Source: Eledone cirrhosa
Taxonomy: Eukaryota
Length of the DNA: 64,000 bases
NCBI GenBank assembly: GCA_964016885.1
Contig: OZ024742.1
Location: 180,544,001-180,608,000 of the forward strand
Reading direction: 5' to 3'
Shown here: one piece after another, positions 51,928 through 64,000 of the stretch
Position numbering within the stretch: position 1 is the first letter of the stretch
Layout: each line of letters begins with the position of its first letter
Notes under the pieces: generated by a model
Databases searched by the model: none
Told to the model about the DNA's origin: nothing
Seen by the model: only the letters and a program-made list of their open reading frames with translations
Position numbers and translations under genes: made by a program

Positions 51928-52011
51928 TTGGCTCTGTAATATACTTGTTATTTTACATTGATATATTCTCATACTTGTAATTGGATAATATTTAATATTA
52001 CCCACATTATA

Positions 52012-52243
52012 TGCAGCCCATGTAGCTCAGTTAGTAGCAGCACCGCTTACTAACCTTAGGGCTACAACGTTACATGGTTCGAATCTTACACTCTTCTCTC
52101 TTCTCTATAGTGCCAGAGGAGTTATCTCCTACTCTTTTAGGCACCACGGAAAAAATGCACCCAGCACTCACTGTAAACGAGGTTGGTGTTAGGAAGAGCA
52201 TCCAGCTGTAGAAATCAAGCGAACGTAAAATGATGATGATGAT
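52012..52243 (+). mobile_element. tRNA-headed SINE with an RTE-type tail
   Basis: A-box TAGCTCAGTTAGT, B-box GGTTCGAATC, tail GTTGGTGTTAGGAAGAGCATCCAGCTGTAGAA...(ATG)n. Confidence 0.7.
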
Positions 52244-52349
52244 ATATATATATATATATATAATTATATATGCACACACACACATATATATATATATAAT
52301 TATATATACACACATACATATATATATGTATATACATATATAACACATA

Positions 52350-52456
52350 TTTCTGAGTTCCAGATGATCCTGCTTAGGGTGAAAGCAAACATTCTTTGCT
52401 TAACCTTTTAATTTGTACTAATAATAAATATTTTAAATATTTGGTCTACGGTTTTA

Positions 52457-52514
<58 letters not shown>

Positions 52515-52565
52515 ACCCTTAACAAGTCCTCTCTGGATTTTGGTCTTTGTATTTATTATTACTAT
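52350..52565 (+). mobile_element. Small hammerhead-bearing TA-associated element (copy 3)
   Basis: GTTC-CAGATGA-TCCTGCTTAGGG-T-GAAA-GCA...TGC-TT-AAC; ends GGATTTTGGTCTTTGTATTTATTATTACT. Confidence 0.65.
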
Positions 52566-53469
52566 ATATAAAGTACCAGTAATGTACTGGTTAATTGCTG
52601 GCCTTGTGCCAAAAGTAGAAACAATCATTACTATATATATTTCATATATATATGAGAGAGAAACTCTAAATTATTCTAAACTTATCATCCAAAATAATGA
52701 GGGAACTCAATAAAGTGATTATATTATATATTGATACAATGCAATAGGCGTATTGTTTACACTACATAAAATGTTGCCATAGGATCTGTGTATCACAAAT
52801 CTCTAGATCATTCAAATTTAAAACATACATCATTTCATTATCATGTTATTATTTCTAATAATGTCAACATCCTTTCTAGGCTGGAAGCACTTCATTGTTA
52901 TCTCCTTTGAATAGAATAGTCTGTTAAACCCTATCTTCTATTATCATTATCTGAAGTCATATATCTATATCTATCTTATACTGGGAGGAAAAAGAAGACT
53001 AAACGATTATTTCCCCTAAGCGATAGTTACACAATGATATAGATTCAGGTAATTCTTAGAAATCTTAAGAATTAATAAATGAAATATAATATTTTATGAT
53101 GATGCAAAGTGCTTCAATGTTACTTTCAGCAGAATAGTTTCACTCACAAGATTAGTTATATAAAAAGAAAATGCTCACTAGCCCAGATCGTTCTATTTAA
53201 AGCGGGAAGTAGAAAAATAAGTTGATATAACTCTCCTGTTAACTATCAAGTATCAACCGGAATAGAAAACATTTTCTTAAAATTTCTTGCAAAGATACTT
53301 TTTTCCAACTGTAAGTATTATAGGAATGTTGATAAAATGTATTTTATTTGATGACACCTAACTTTTGACAATATTTTCTAATATAACTAGATCAACACTC
53401 TACAGTTTCAATATTTCCTACCAAACAGCTTTGTGTAAATGTACACACTCAATTAAACATCCTCTAAAA

Positions 53470-53800
53470 TATCAACGAACTACAATTGCTTAGGGTTGTA
53501 CAACATATTACAAATGATAGTTTATGCAGAAACTTTCTTAAAATAGCAAATACAATTGATCAAAGACGATTACGATTTGCAGGACATTGCTGGAGAAGTA
53601 AGTAGGAAGTTATACACAAGCTACTGTTGTGGGAACCAACTCAGAGGAGATGCAGTAAGGGTAGCCCTTCTCGAGCAATCATCGATCAGCTCTCAGATGA
53701 TACAAATCTCAGTACAGAGCAGTTGCCAGGAGCAATAGAAAATCGTGAATTGAGGAGAGTCTTTGTCAAGAATGTTTGACAGTGGTCATAATGATGATGA
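53470..53800 (+). mobile_element. RTE-group LINE 3' fragment
   Basis: RRLRFAGHCWRS...LLLWEP...G.P....IDQL..DT. Confidence 0.7.
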
Positions 53801-55039
53801 CGTCTAAAAGTAGTAATTATCATGAAAATATAATAGTTTCAAAATCTCATAGTGGATTAGCTTCACATTTCTTTAAAACTTGTTACTCTAAGAATCTTTA
53901 TTCATTTCATAATCAGCAATGGTGCAATTTAAACAAATTTCATATGGAGTCTAATAAATATTGTTAATTTGAAACCTGTTAATTTGCCTGGCCAAACTGT
54001 ACAAATATTTTTAAAAAGCCATGTATGCTATGCACTTAAAAATCTAGGGAAATATTATTTCAAATGATTTTAATCTTTCATAAATATTCTGCACTCATTT
54101 CTTCTTGCATACATTAAAGATTCTGAATATTCATTAGATACCAATGCATAGAACCATTGAAAATGAATAGTTCTTATGTTTGAGACAAATTTTGAGAAGG
54201 TTAAAGAATATCTGGATATATTTTTATCCTGCAATTTTTAAACAATTCAAAATATCTTTTTGTTTTTAAATATTGTCATAAATCTTCCTCAAACATACCT
54301 GAGCAAATAGAACTATCATGCAGTGACAACAATTTTACTTTGTAAACAATGTCTTTTTATAACAAAGGTTATAATGCATTCAGATAAGATTAGTATGCAT
54401 CGTAATTCAAGATTTTAAGAAATGTCATTGCTTTCTACTATTTCTTGTTGTTTGTACAAAGAATAAATTAAAGCATATAACATGCATTAATACAACAAAC
54501 TGGGTAATAGTTCATGGGTACAATCTCCCTGATTAAAAAAAGAATATAACATTCCATCAAACGAACCTGGTATTTGTTATCAAAAAAAGTCATGGACACA
54601 TTATAAATTTTTTTTCTTTACAATGTTTTTATACCCCTTCTATACATCCAGTAAGTATTAAAAGAATATGATGCACTTTAAAAATATTGACTCTTTAAAA
54701 TGACTGCTATAAATCTACATGAGATATTTATCCTACAAATTGCTTATTGAATTATTCAAGTTTTTTGTATCTCTATGTACAGTTATTGAATAATTTAAAA
54801 TTTAAAACTTTCATTATCCCTTCACTACGCAATTGATTCTACCAAACCTTTCTCTCACTCTCTTCCTCTCTCTACACTATTCTCTGGAATTTTTGTACAC
54901 GCAATAGTTTGCCAAATATATTCATAACTATTTCTGAACATTAGAAGGAATAAATTACAGTAAAATTAATAATTCAGAATTTGTTCAGTTTTATTGTTTA
55001 TTTGCTATTAATACACTCCATTTACACACACACCCAGAG

Positions 55040-56150
55040 GCTAATGTCTTAACAGTTGTTTCTGAAAGAGTCTGCTATACTTTGGATAAATCTGGTGAAT
55101 CTAGGGCTGTAGCCTCGGATATTTTTAAGGCTTTTGACAGGGCTTCGCTTGCTGGTTTTATTCATAGGATAAGGGTTTATTATGTTTCTTGATGAGTTTT
55201 CAAATTGATTGAGTCTTTATTATCGAATCACAAACCAGTTTCCATATTGTCCTTAATTTTCATAATGTGATCTTCCTGATGACATATTTTCTTAGCTTGA
55301 TATTCATGCTGATGACACAATTTTTATTCTTGTCTTAAACATAAGTCTGATATGTTTGATAAAGTTGAATTGGAAGCTTATTTTTAATATGACATTTCAA
55401 TCAGTTATTGAGTTAAGCAAGAAACGGCTTGTTACCTTTAATGTATCTATGAGGAAACTGCTATCTTTTAATCTTCAGAGAGAAAAACGTTTTCTTTCCA
55501 TTAGTATGGCTGACATAACCCCCAAGTCAGTAACTCTTTACACCTACTTAGTGTGACATTTTCCACTGAGTTAAGCTGGAACCTTTATATCATTGATTCC
55601 CAAATCTGCTGCCCAGAAAGTTGATTCACCCTGTTGAGTCAGAAACACTTTTACACTTGAAAGTATTCTACATAGTTATGAAATTACCATTTGTCCTTTT
55701 ATTGAGTACTCTTTCCACATCTGGTTTGGTTCTTATGCTCTGCACCTTCAGAGTCTAAATAGAATCTAAAGAACAATTGTCAACATTATTGGTCCTGACT
55801 TATCATGTTGACTTCAGTCACTATCACACAGTCGACATAATGCCTCTTAGTACATTTTCAATAAACCCATGCAAGCATGGAAAAGCAGACATAAAAACGA
55901 TGACGACGATGATGATGATTTTTATGAAAATGGTTCTGATGAGATTTCCTCTTTGTTGCTTCAATTTCAAGAGTTTATACATCATACTAACTCACATCCC
56001 TTTACTGATGAAGTTCCTAAATGTAATCATAAATTCTATTCTGATAGTTTCTTCCCTCACATTTCTCGTCTATGGAAATCACTTCTGGTTTCTTGCTTTC
56101 CTGACCAATACAAAGCAACATCAATCATCATCTTCTCTCTTCTTGAATGA
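55040..56150 (+). mobile_element. Degenerate CR1-group (Crack/Daphne/L2-like) LINE RT
   Basis: ESRAVASDIFKAFDR, LPDDI, HADDT, LVTFN, EYSFHIW; many stops. Confidence 0.78.
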
Positions 56151-56231
56151 TGTTCTCTCTGTCTTATCTTTTTCCCTTCTTGATAGTCCCTTGCATTTTA
56201 GTGGCTTTATTACCTTGCTTGGAGTACAAAA

Positions 56232-56395
56232 CACACACACACTTGCGCATACATGCACACACATACAGTTGCGCTTACGTGCACACACATACACTTGCGC
56301 TTACGTGCACATGCATACACTTGCGCATACGTGCACACACATACACTTGCACTTATGTGCATACACATACACTTGCACATACATGCACACACACG
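56232..56395. repeat. 24-26 bp minisatellite (about 6 units)
   Basis: ACACTTGCGCATACGTGCACACACAT units. Confidence 0.85.
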
Positions 56396-57433
56396 TTGTT
56401 GAAAGCACAACTACATTTGAGTTTCTATTCCTTTATTAGAATCTTCTCTGATTTCTAATAAGATCACTTAAGTTTGTTTGGAACAACAACGTTCCTTAGC
56501 ACATGGTTTTAACAGTGTTTCTAGAGCTTCATTGTCTCATCATCAGGAGTATTGTTGGCATATTTTTACTGCCTCTTTTAGTATAGGCATGTGTATTTCA
56601 TGACATTTTATGCAACTGTAGCCCATCCCTGTTATTCAATCTTTCACAAAATTTAGTAAATTTATCCTTTAAAGTGATATATTCAATAGAAGAATTTAAG
56701 CATCTAACAACAATCTAATCTAACTTCAAATAAAGAAATCTCTGTTTGAGCATGCTTCAATTGTCTTTTTTTAATAAAGCAGTAACTTTGGAGTTTGGGA
56801 GATTGACAAATCCTGTCTTTCATTTAATTGAAAATGAAGACAATTTCTGCAAATGATTTTCAACAATTGATTTAGATAGTGTGAATACATTGACTATCTT
56901 ACAGGATAGCCAATATATAATAGGACCACAGAAATGTAGGAGCTGACAAATTGAGGATAAAACTCTGGTCCTCATCAAACGAACTAATTTCATTCTTGTC
57001 CTAGGAAAGATAGGGAAGTATCTTTGAATGGGCATTTACTGCAATGAGAGATAGTTGCAAAGAAGATGCACATGTTATTCATGATTATTTTTCATAAAAG
57101 CTGCTTACCAGCAAATCATCAATACACATGTAGACAAATGTTAAATTTCATCAATAAATCATTGAAAAGTCTAGGCTACTTTCTCAAGTTCAAATAAAAA
57201 TTTAAAAAAGAACTAAGATTGTTTTAATAGCTGCTTTGAGTGTCACATAGTTGATTTGGTGTCTGATTATAGATCTGAACAAGGTCAAACATTGCCTCAT
57301 ATACTGAAATAAGGAATCAGGCACTTATATGTGAAGGTATGTGGCTCAGTGGTTAAGATATTTAGCTTAGAATCATTAAGTCATGAGTTTAATTCTTAGT
57401 AGCATGTTGTGTTCCTGAACATAGCACATTATA

Positions 57434-57621
57434 GGCGGTGAATTGGCAGTATCGGTAGAGGGTTGGACGCCATGCTTTCTAGCATAGTTACGTCCTTTTA
57501 CGGTCTGAGTTCAAATCCCGCCAAGGTTAACTTTGCCTTTCATCCTTACGGGGTCGATAAAATAAAGTACTAGTAATGTACTGGATAATTGCTGGCCTTG
57601 TGCCTAAAGTAGAAACAATTA
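57434..57621 (+). mobile_element. Full-length Nin-SINE nested in a Meta-like SINE (57335-57830)
   Basis: The host core is interrupted: ...CACATTAT[SINE]ATTATTTCATATTGCTCTAGTTTACTC. Confidence 0.85.
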
Positions 57622-58902
57622 TTTCATATTGCTCTAGTTTACTCAACTGGAACAAAATCAGTTGTATCTGTAAAATCAAAGTGTCAGCTTTTTCAAAGAC
57701 TGTATAAGGCTGCATCTCCCTGAGAACTATGTTAAGTGTAAATGTGTCTCTGAAATGTTCAGTTACTTGCAAATTAATTTCACAAATGGACTGTTCCATT
57801 ATTAAAAAAACTGAGGCACTTATTCAAATTGATGAAGGCCCACTTACCTAGAAGTGTATGGATGTGTACAGATTGGCTCACCCTTTTTTCTTTGATTCCC
57901 TTTTTTACTATTTTCTTTCTTCCTCACCCCCTTACCAATTCTCATATTGTTTTATGTGCTTTAAATTTTTAAATTTAAAAAAATTAAACAGATTTTATAT
58001 ATTTTTAACTAGCAAACAGAAATAACACCCACTAAAAAGATAATAAGTAGTGCCATGATAAAATGTACCCAGTACTCATTGTAAAGAGGCTGGCATTAGG
58101 AAGGCTATCCAGCTAGAGAAACATGCCACAATGAAATATACGAGAAAGATATGGTAATCTGATTCATCTAAACTTAGAATGTGAAAACCTATTAAACATA
58201 TGGCAAGAATGATGAGGATGAGGATGTATGACCCTTATAATTTCAACCCCACATGAATTACCAGAAACTCCACACATTGAGAACAGATTTTTAGTAACAG
58301 TCTGTTTGTTGTCAGTTGTCATGTATAATGACAATAAAATATAATACCATATATTATAGTATGTATTGGGTGTGTGTGAGTGTATGTATACACACATACA
58401 CATACATATATATTTACATATAAATATATATATGTATATATATATATATACCATTTATGTTACATTATTTACCAATTGGTGGAACTGGTGATTCCACTTA
58501 TTAAATGATAATGCAATAAATTAAACACTCAACTTTATGCAGATCATAAATATGTATAGTGTTTTCGAGGAATTAAATTTATAAAGTTTCCAGTCAGGCC
58601 TTCTGTTAATGTTTTTAATGTGTGTATTTATATATATATTATCACTATCATTGTTTAACATCTATCTTTCACACCAGCTTGGGTTAGGCGAGATTGTCCC
58701 ATTCATTTGAGGCAAGTTGGGTCAGGTGACCATGTCTACTCATATAGAATTGTTTCTGGCTTGATTTCTATTGCTGGATGCCCTTCCTATAGCGAACCAC
58801 ATTTACAGTGTGTGCTGGGTGCTTTCTGTCGTGACTGCTACACAACTACTTTACTCTGTAGGTTGGGTGCTTTTTGTCGTGACACCTACACAACCACTTT
58901 AC

Positions 58903-58942
<40 letters not shown>

Positions 58943-59930
58943 GGGTCATAGTCACTGCAGATAATAATAGCTTTGGATTTATTACATAGAAACTGTGTAA
59001 TATGGCAGCTGCAGATTGATAACATCTATCTTTCCCATTAGGTGAATTGCTGAATAATGAGGCTGAGTACAGTTAGGTTTGGTAGGAGTCATAGTTACAT
59101 GTTGGCATTCAGTTTAGTGTGTTTGCTGAGGGTTAGTAGATTGATTGGAGCAATAACAGTCTTATTCACATTCACATAACCTGTGTGTGTGTGTTTGATC
59201 AGTCTGACTCAACCTTAAAAGTAATCTCTACTGCAGTACTGAGTACTCATTCTCATGACCACCAATATTAAACAAATATATATATATAGTCCAACATTTA
59301 CCAGCATGGAAAACCAGGCACCAGCTCACTCCATAAAATGATAGTACAAGAATCACAATAAAAATCACCTAGTTCTCTGTAAAGTGGCAGTCCTGGTGCT
59401 ACAATATATTTGCAGTCAACCACTCTCTTCATAACCATCTCCATGACCCACTGCTAGGCTTCCCAACATCAGATAACCCACTCACTTGACAGGTAACATA
59501 TAATCTGCTCCAACTTTATTTTACACCTATTACTCCTTTCACTACTTTTGGAGTTGTGCTGATGCCATGTTAAACTACACCCAGCCCAGTCTGCAAAGTG
59601 CTGGTGCTCATGCCACAATATAATGTACATAACTCACTCTGTAAAGAATTAGTGCTGTGACATGATAAAATGGATCTAGTCCATCCTGTAAGATGATAGT
59701 TTTAATTCCAAAGTAAAATGCTCCCAGTACATGCTGTAAAGTGGTTGGTGTTAAGATGGCTTCTAGCCATAGAAACCTTTATAAAAACAGACAGTATGAG
59801 CAAGACATGGTGACCCAACCAATTTAATCTCAGAACATGACAACCCATCTAATCCACGCAAGCAAGGAAAATGGATGCTAAACGATGATGAAGATGATTA
59901 TATATATATATATTTATATATATATATATT

Positions 59931-59961
<31 letters not shown>

Positions 59962-60182
59962 ATATATGGAGGCATAGATTCTTTTCACTAGAATTTTTAT
60001 TAGACTTAGCATCAATACCATATTGAAAGAGTTTAAAGTCTTTTCTGTCAGTTTGAATAGCTTTCCAAGTGACCTTCCCTGTATGGTCTTGACAGCACTT
60101 GATATTTGTAAAATAACTACAGAAAATAAATTAACTAAACAATGATACATAAAAAGAACAACGTACAACAGACATAACAACA

Positions 60183-60219
<37 letters not shown>

Positions 60220-60239
60220 TTACTACTATTGTGATTGTG

Positions 60240-60910
60240 AATCACTAGTGCAGTTCTGTAGGTGTATGCTTCATGTGTGAGAAGTGTTATGATATATGGG
60301 ACTGAAACATGGGTGATAAACATGGATCAACAGAGAACGCTGGATAGAATGGAGGGGAAATGTGTATGTGACATCATGTGTGAGAACTGCCAGGATATAT
60401 GGGGGCAAAATATGGCTGTATAACATGGAGCAGCTGAAAGGGCTAGCAAGATTGGAAGGGAAAGCTGTATGTTGCATGGGTGAGAATTGTCTGGACTTAT
60501 AGGAGCAAGACATGGGAGATGAACGAGGAGCAACTGAGATGACTGGAAAGAAGAGAAATGAAAATGCTTTGGTGGATGAGCAGATTATTGCTGAGAAAAA
60601 GGAAGACAAATAATGTATTGCAGAGGATAGTGGGAATAAAGACCTGGTGAATATTGTGATGAGAAATGGAATGAGATGTTTAGGTTATGTGTTGAGAAAG
60701 GATGAAAGTGATTGTGTGAAAGGAGTGATGGAAATAAATGTGGAAGGAAGTAAAGAAAGAGAAAGCCTAACAAAGACATGTCTGAAGATGATGGAAGAGG
60801 AAATCAAAGCCAGGGGACTGTGTGGGGGAAGGATGCAAACGATAGGGCAAGTTGGGAACATTTGCATATCTAACCCTTGGATTAGCTGGGAAGATGGCTC
60901 TAAAACACTT
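60240..60910 (+). mobile_element. Degenerate RTE LINE 3' fragment
   Basis: VRSVMIYGTETW and MRCLGYVLRKDESDCVKGVMEINVEG. Confidence 0.78.
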
Positions 60911-61744
60911 GTTGGTGGTGGTGGTAGTTATGGTGGTGGCAGTGGTGTAGGTGATGGTGGCATGGTTGTAGGCAGTGTTGGTGGTGCTTTGGTGTTGGTA
61001 GCAATGGTTGTGGTGATGGTAGTTTTGCTGTTGGTGGTATGGTAGTGGTGATGGTGGGAGTGTTACAGTTCTATATATTGGTGAAAATGTCAGCAATGCA
61101 AATATGATAAGAAATTATGGATATTTTGATATTTTGATTTTTTTTTATCAATTAATATTTAGGATTTTTTTTCTTTTATTTTTCTGTTTGTTAAAGAACA
61201 AAAGAATTATGATGTGGAAGTGTGACAAGCAGTGCTGATTGTTTAGATTAGAATTAAATTTAAGGATAACTAGAGGCCAATCGTCAATACAATCCTTTTC
61301 ACTGAAAGATTCATTATGTCTTCAAAGATCTTTGGATTAATCAATACAAGAGATGTGTTATCAAGCAAGATATAGCAAAGTGAAATTTCTATTTTATCTT
61401 ATGTATAATCTGTTTGACAATATCTTTGACACTTGTAAAGCTTTGAATTTACTGTTGGATATTATTCGATTTTAAGCAATGTATTGACAAAATTATTTGA
61501 GCACATTATTAAATATTTTGTGGAATTTGTTTATGGTTCTTTACTTTCTAAATTCAAATCCTTCCATCGTCAAGTTTAAATTTTTAGGGTTGTTTCTTGC
61601 TCTAAACCTCTCTCTCTCAGAAGAAGAAATCAGCAGTGTTCAAACTGCCAGATTTAAAATGCCCAAGATATGTTGGTGAACAGCACCTTTACAATTCCAT
61701 CAGGAGTTAAGGTCCCTTTAACATTACATTCCATTTATTATTTG

Positions 61745-61786
<42 letters not shown>

Positions 61787-62329
61787 TAAATATTATATAC
61801 AACAAAAATTGCACAGTTCACACTGTAAAGTGGTCATGTAGGTGACACAACAAAAAGCGCCCAGCCCACATTGTAAATGTGGTTGGTGTTGGGAAGGGCA
61901 TCCAGCTGTAGAAGTGAGCCCAAACCACTTGTGTATGAGCAAGACAGGTTCATTGGACCTGGCTTGTTTCACAATGTGGCAGCTTGTCTAAATCACACTA
62001 GCGTGGAAAAAAGGCTGTTAAATGGTGATATGTATATATATGTATATATGCATAACCCATTTTTCCATATGAGTGGACAACAGTTGATTGCAATAAATCA
62101 GGAAAAATGTGGCCTTCGGTTGCTTTGCAGGATCGAAATCCATATCCTTGAGATTCTTGTCTCTTGACTGACCCATGCATACAAGCATGGAGAGCTGGAC
62201 ATGCTCCCCCAATTTCAAATCTTGAGACTTGCCTAATTTTTTCATAAATATAACAGTTAATGTAGATACATACATATATATGCAAGCAGGGAAAAGCAGA
62301 TGTAAAATGATGATGATGATATCTATCTA

Positions 62330-62376
<47 letters not shown>

Positions 62377-62379
<3 letters not shown>

Positions 62380-62460
62380 GTAGAAATAATGTTTCATACA
62401 CTTAACATGTTAACATGTTAAGCACATACATGTTAAGTGTATGAAGCATTATTTTTACTA
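62377..62460. repeat. Fold-back with 33-bp arms beside (TA)n
   Basis: TAGTAGAAATAATGTTTCATACACTTAACATGT / ACATGTTAAGTGTATGAAGCATTATTTTTACTA. Confidence 0.85.
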
Positions 62461-62534
62461 AATAAGCTCTCTTGCAACAGATTGAGCTTTGTTTTCCTTG
62501 AGCGTTCATCTACAGATATCCTGCATATATATAT

Positions 62535-62782
62535 AATCTTCTGATGATCCTGTATAAGGATGAAAGCAGAAACTGTTTGCTTAAACATTTTATTTGTTCT
62601 GAAAATAATTTACTTAACACTTTTATATATATTGATGCGCAATTATGTATATTAAAAATAAATATATACTCTTTTAATATATAACTCATATACATATATA
62701 TATTACAGCATATATATCTCTTTACATATATGCAACTCTTATCAAGTCCTGTCTAGATTTTAGTCTTTATATTTATTATTAT
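62535..62782 (+). mobile_element. Small hammerhead-bearing TA-associated element (copy 4)
   Basis: CTT-CTGATGA-TCCTGTATAAGGA-T-GAAA-GCA GAAACTGTT TGC-TT-AAAC (62537-62586); ends GATTTTAGTCTTTATATTTATTATTA. Confidence 0.7.
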
Positions 62783-63039
62783 TGCATGATAAACACACTG
62801 AGTACATGCTGTAAAGTGGTTGGTGATAGGAAGGGCCGGCATCTAACCATAGAAAGCTTGTCAAACAAAGAGTTGGGAGGACCCTTCAGTTGTTCCAAAT
62901 ACATGATAATCATAATTAAGTGAAATTCAGATCCCCATCCTGTCCGGGATGTCAATAGTCCTATTTCAATACTGACTTGGTCTATGTAGACCCTTCCAAC
63001 CCTTACTAACAGACATTCAAACAATGATGATGATGATAG

Positions 63040-63088
63040 GTAAGTTACCTGTAACTGTAAGTTACCTGTAACTGTAAGTTACCTGTAC
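63040..63088. repeat. 17-bp tandem repeat, ~3 copies (GTAAGTTACCTGTAACT)
   Basis: Direct inspection. Confidence 0.9.
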
Positions 63089-63699
63089 AAAATAATATTT
63101 AAAAGAAAATATATGTCACATCTGTTTATTTCTACAAAAACTGAGGAAACATGAGCCCTGGGAATCTCTGAGATTTCTGAAACTATGTTAATTGATTGTA
63201 TTTCTCAAGTGTATTAGTTACAGAATTCTATATTAAGATGTTGCCTAAATACATATTTTATGGTTACATCTGCTACAACTGTAGCTTGATATAGAAATAG
63301 TTAAATCCATCGGGGAAAGCAATACAGTGTATGATAATGATTTTTATCTTCATGGATCAAATATAGTTAATATTTGATGCCTTCTTGATATAATGTTTGA
63401 GAGGAAAAGAAAAGTACTTTTAGTTGTCAGATCATCTGATAAGTTCATTAAAACTTCATACTTTGAAATGGAATAGAAATATACCAAAACATATGAAATG
63501 ATAATTGTAAAATGAAGATTAAACACTAGTTAAATTTTATAACCAGGTGTTTTTAGTATTACAATTTCTGTATATATCTAATGTGATGTTAATTATATGA
63601 TAGATTGGTATATCTGGCTGAGTGGGTGGTTATAAAGTGGAAATGAGGATTCATAAGTCTTTCTGGAGCTTTCTAGATTGGTGAGTGTTAGTGTTCCTA

Positions 63700-63990
63700 A
63701 ACACTAGAAACATTGTTAACTGGATCTGTAGCTATATAGGACAGTGAACATGGCTCAGAATTGCATTGGAAATGAGCAAATGTAGTATAAATAAATGAAA
63801 TTATATGGACAAAGCTGTGTAGAGAATGGAGACTGGGAGAGACAGGTTCCCTTAGTCAAGGAAAAAATGTATTGAGGTGGAAAGATGAAATTGAAATATT
63901 TGGGGATGTTATGTGGACGAGAGGGCCATAGGATGGATACAATTTGCACAGGATTGAGAAATCTTTATCTAGTAGTGGGCAGATAATAGC
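63700..63990 (+). mobile_element. Degenerate RTE LINE 3' fragment
   Basis: WTKLCREWR..., GKNVLRWKDEIEIFGDVMWTR, ending ..FI**W. Confidence 0.6.
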
Positions 63991-64000
63991 TTAGATTGGT

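Noticed and set aside
55777-56439. 220-aa hydrophobic ORF
   Set aside because: A chimera of off-frame LINE sequence, an RTE tail and a minisatellite.
57840-57860. Perfect minus-strand donor AG|GTAAGT (a weaker one lies near 54295)
   Set aside because: No upstream open exon with an acceptor and a poor pyrimidine tract; such matches are expected by chance in 64 kb.

Overview
AT-rich, repeat-saturated eukaryotic DNA. The repeat content (abundant (TA)n and (ATG)n tracts, Nin/Deu-domain tRNA-SINEs, RTE-tailed SINEs, Dong/R4, CR1 and Penelope-like elements) suggests a mollusc, most likely an octopus; this is inferred, not proven. I found no convincing host protein-coding exon, so the window is intergenic or inside a very long intron. 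Every long ORF is transposon-derived: CR1, Dong/R4, RTE, Tx1/L1 and CRE non-LTR fragments, two Penelope-like elements (PLEs), a Gypsy integrase with its 3' LTR, hAT transposase remnants, two head-to-tail Helitrons and a near-intact DD37D (maT) Tc1/mariner. The most notable observations are: (1) a ~3.9-kb array of 59-bp hairpin-bearing units that translates to the LINE endonuclease motif RGAELSTD and runs in frame into the rest of an RTE LINE; (2) several hammerhead-ribozyme-like motifs and fold-backs beside (TA)n tracts, including a small four-copy family with an atypical core; (3) Nin-SINE insertions whose target-site duplications (TSDs) share an ATTAT target; (4) a candidate recursive splice site. 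Coordinates of degenerate elements are approximate and were read by eye.
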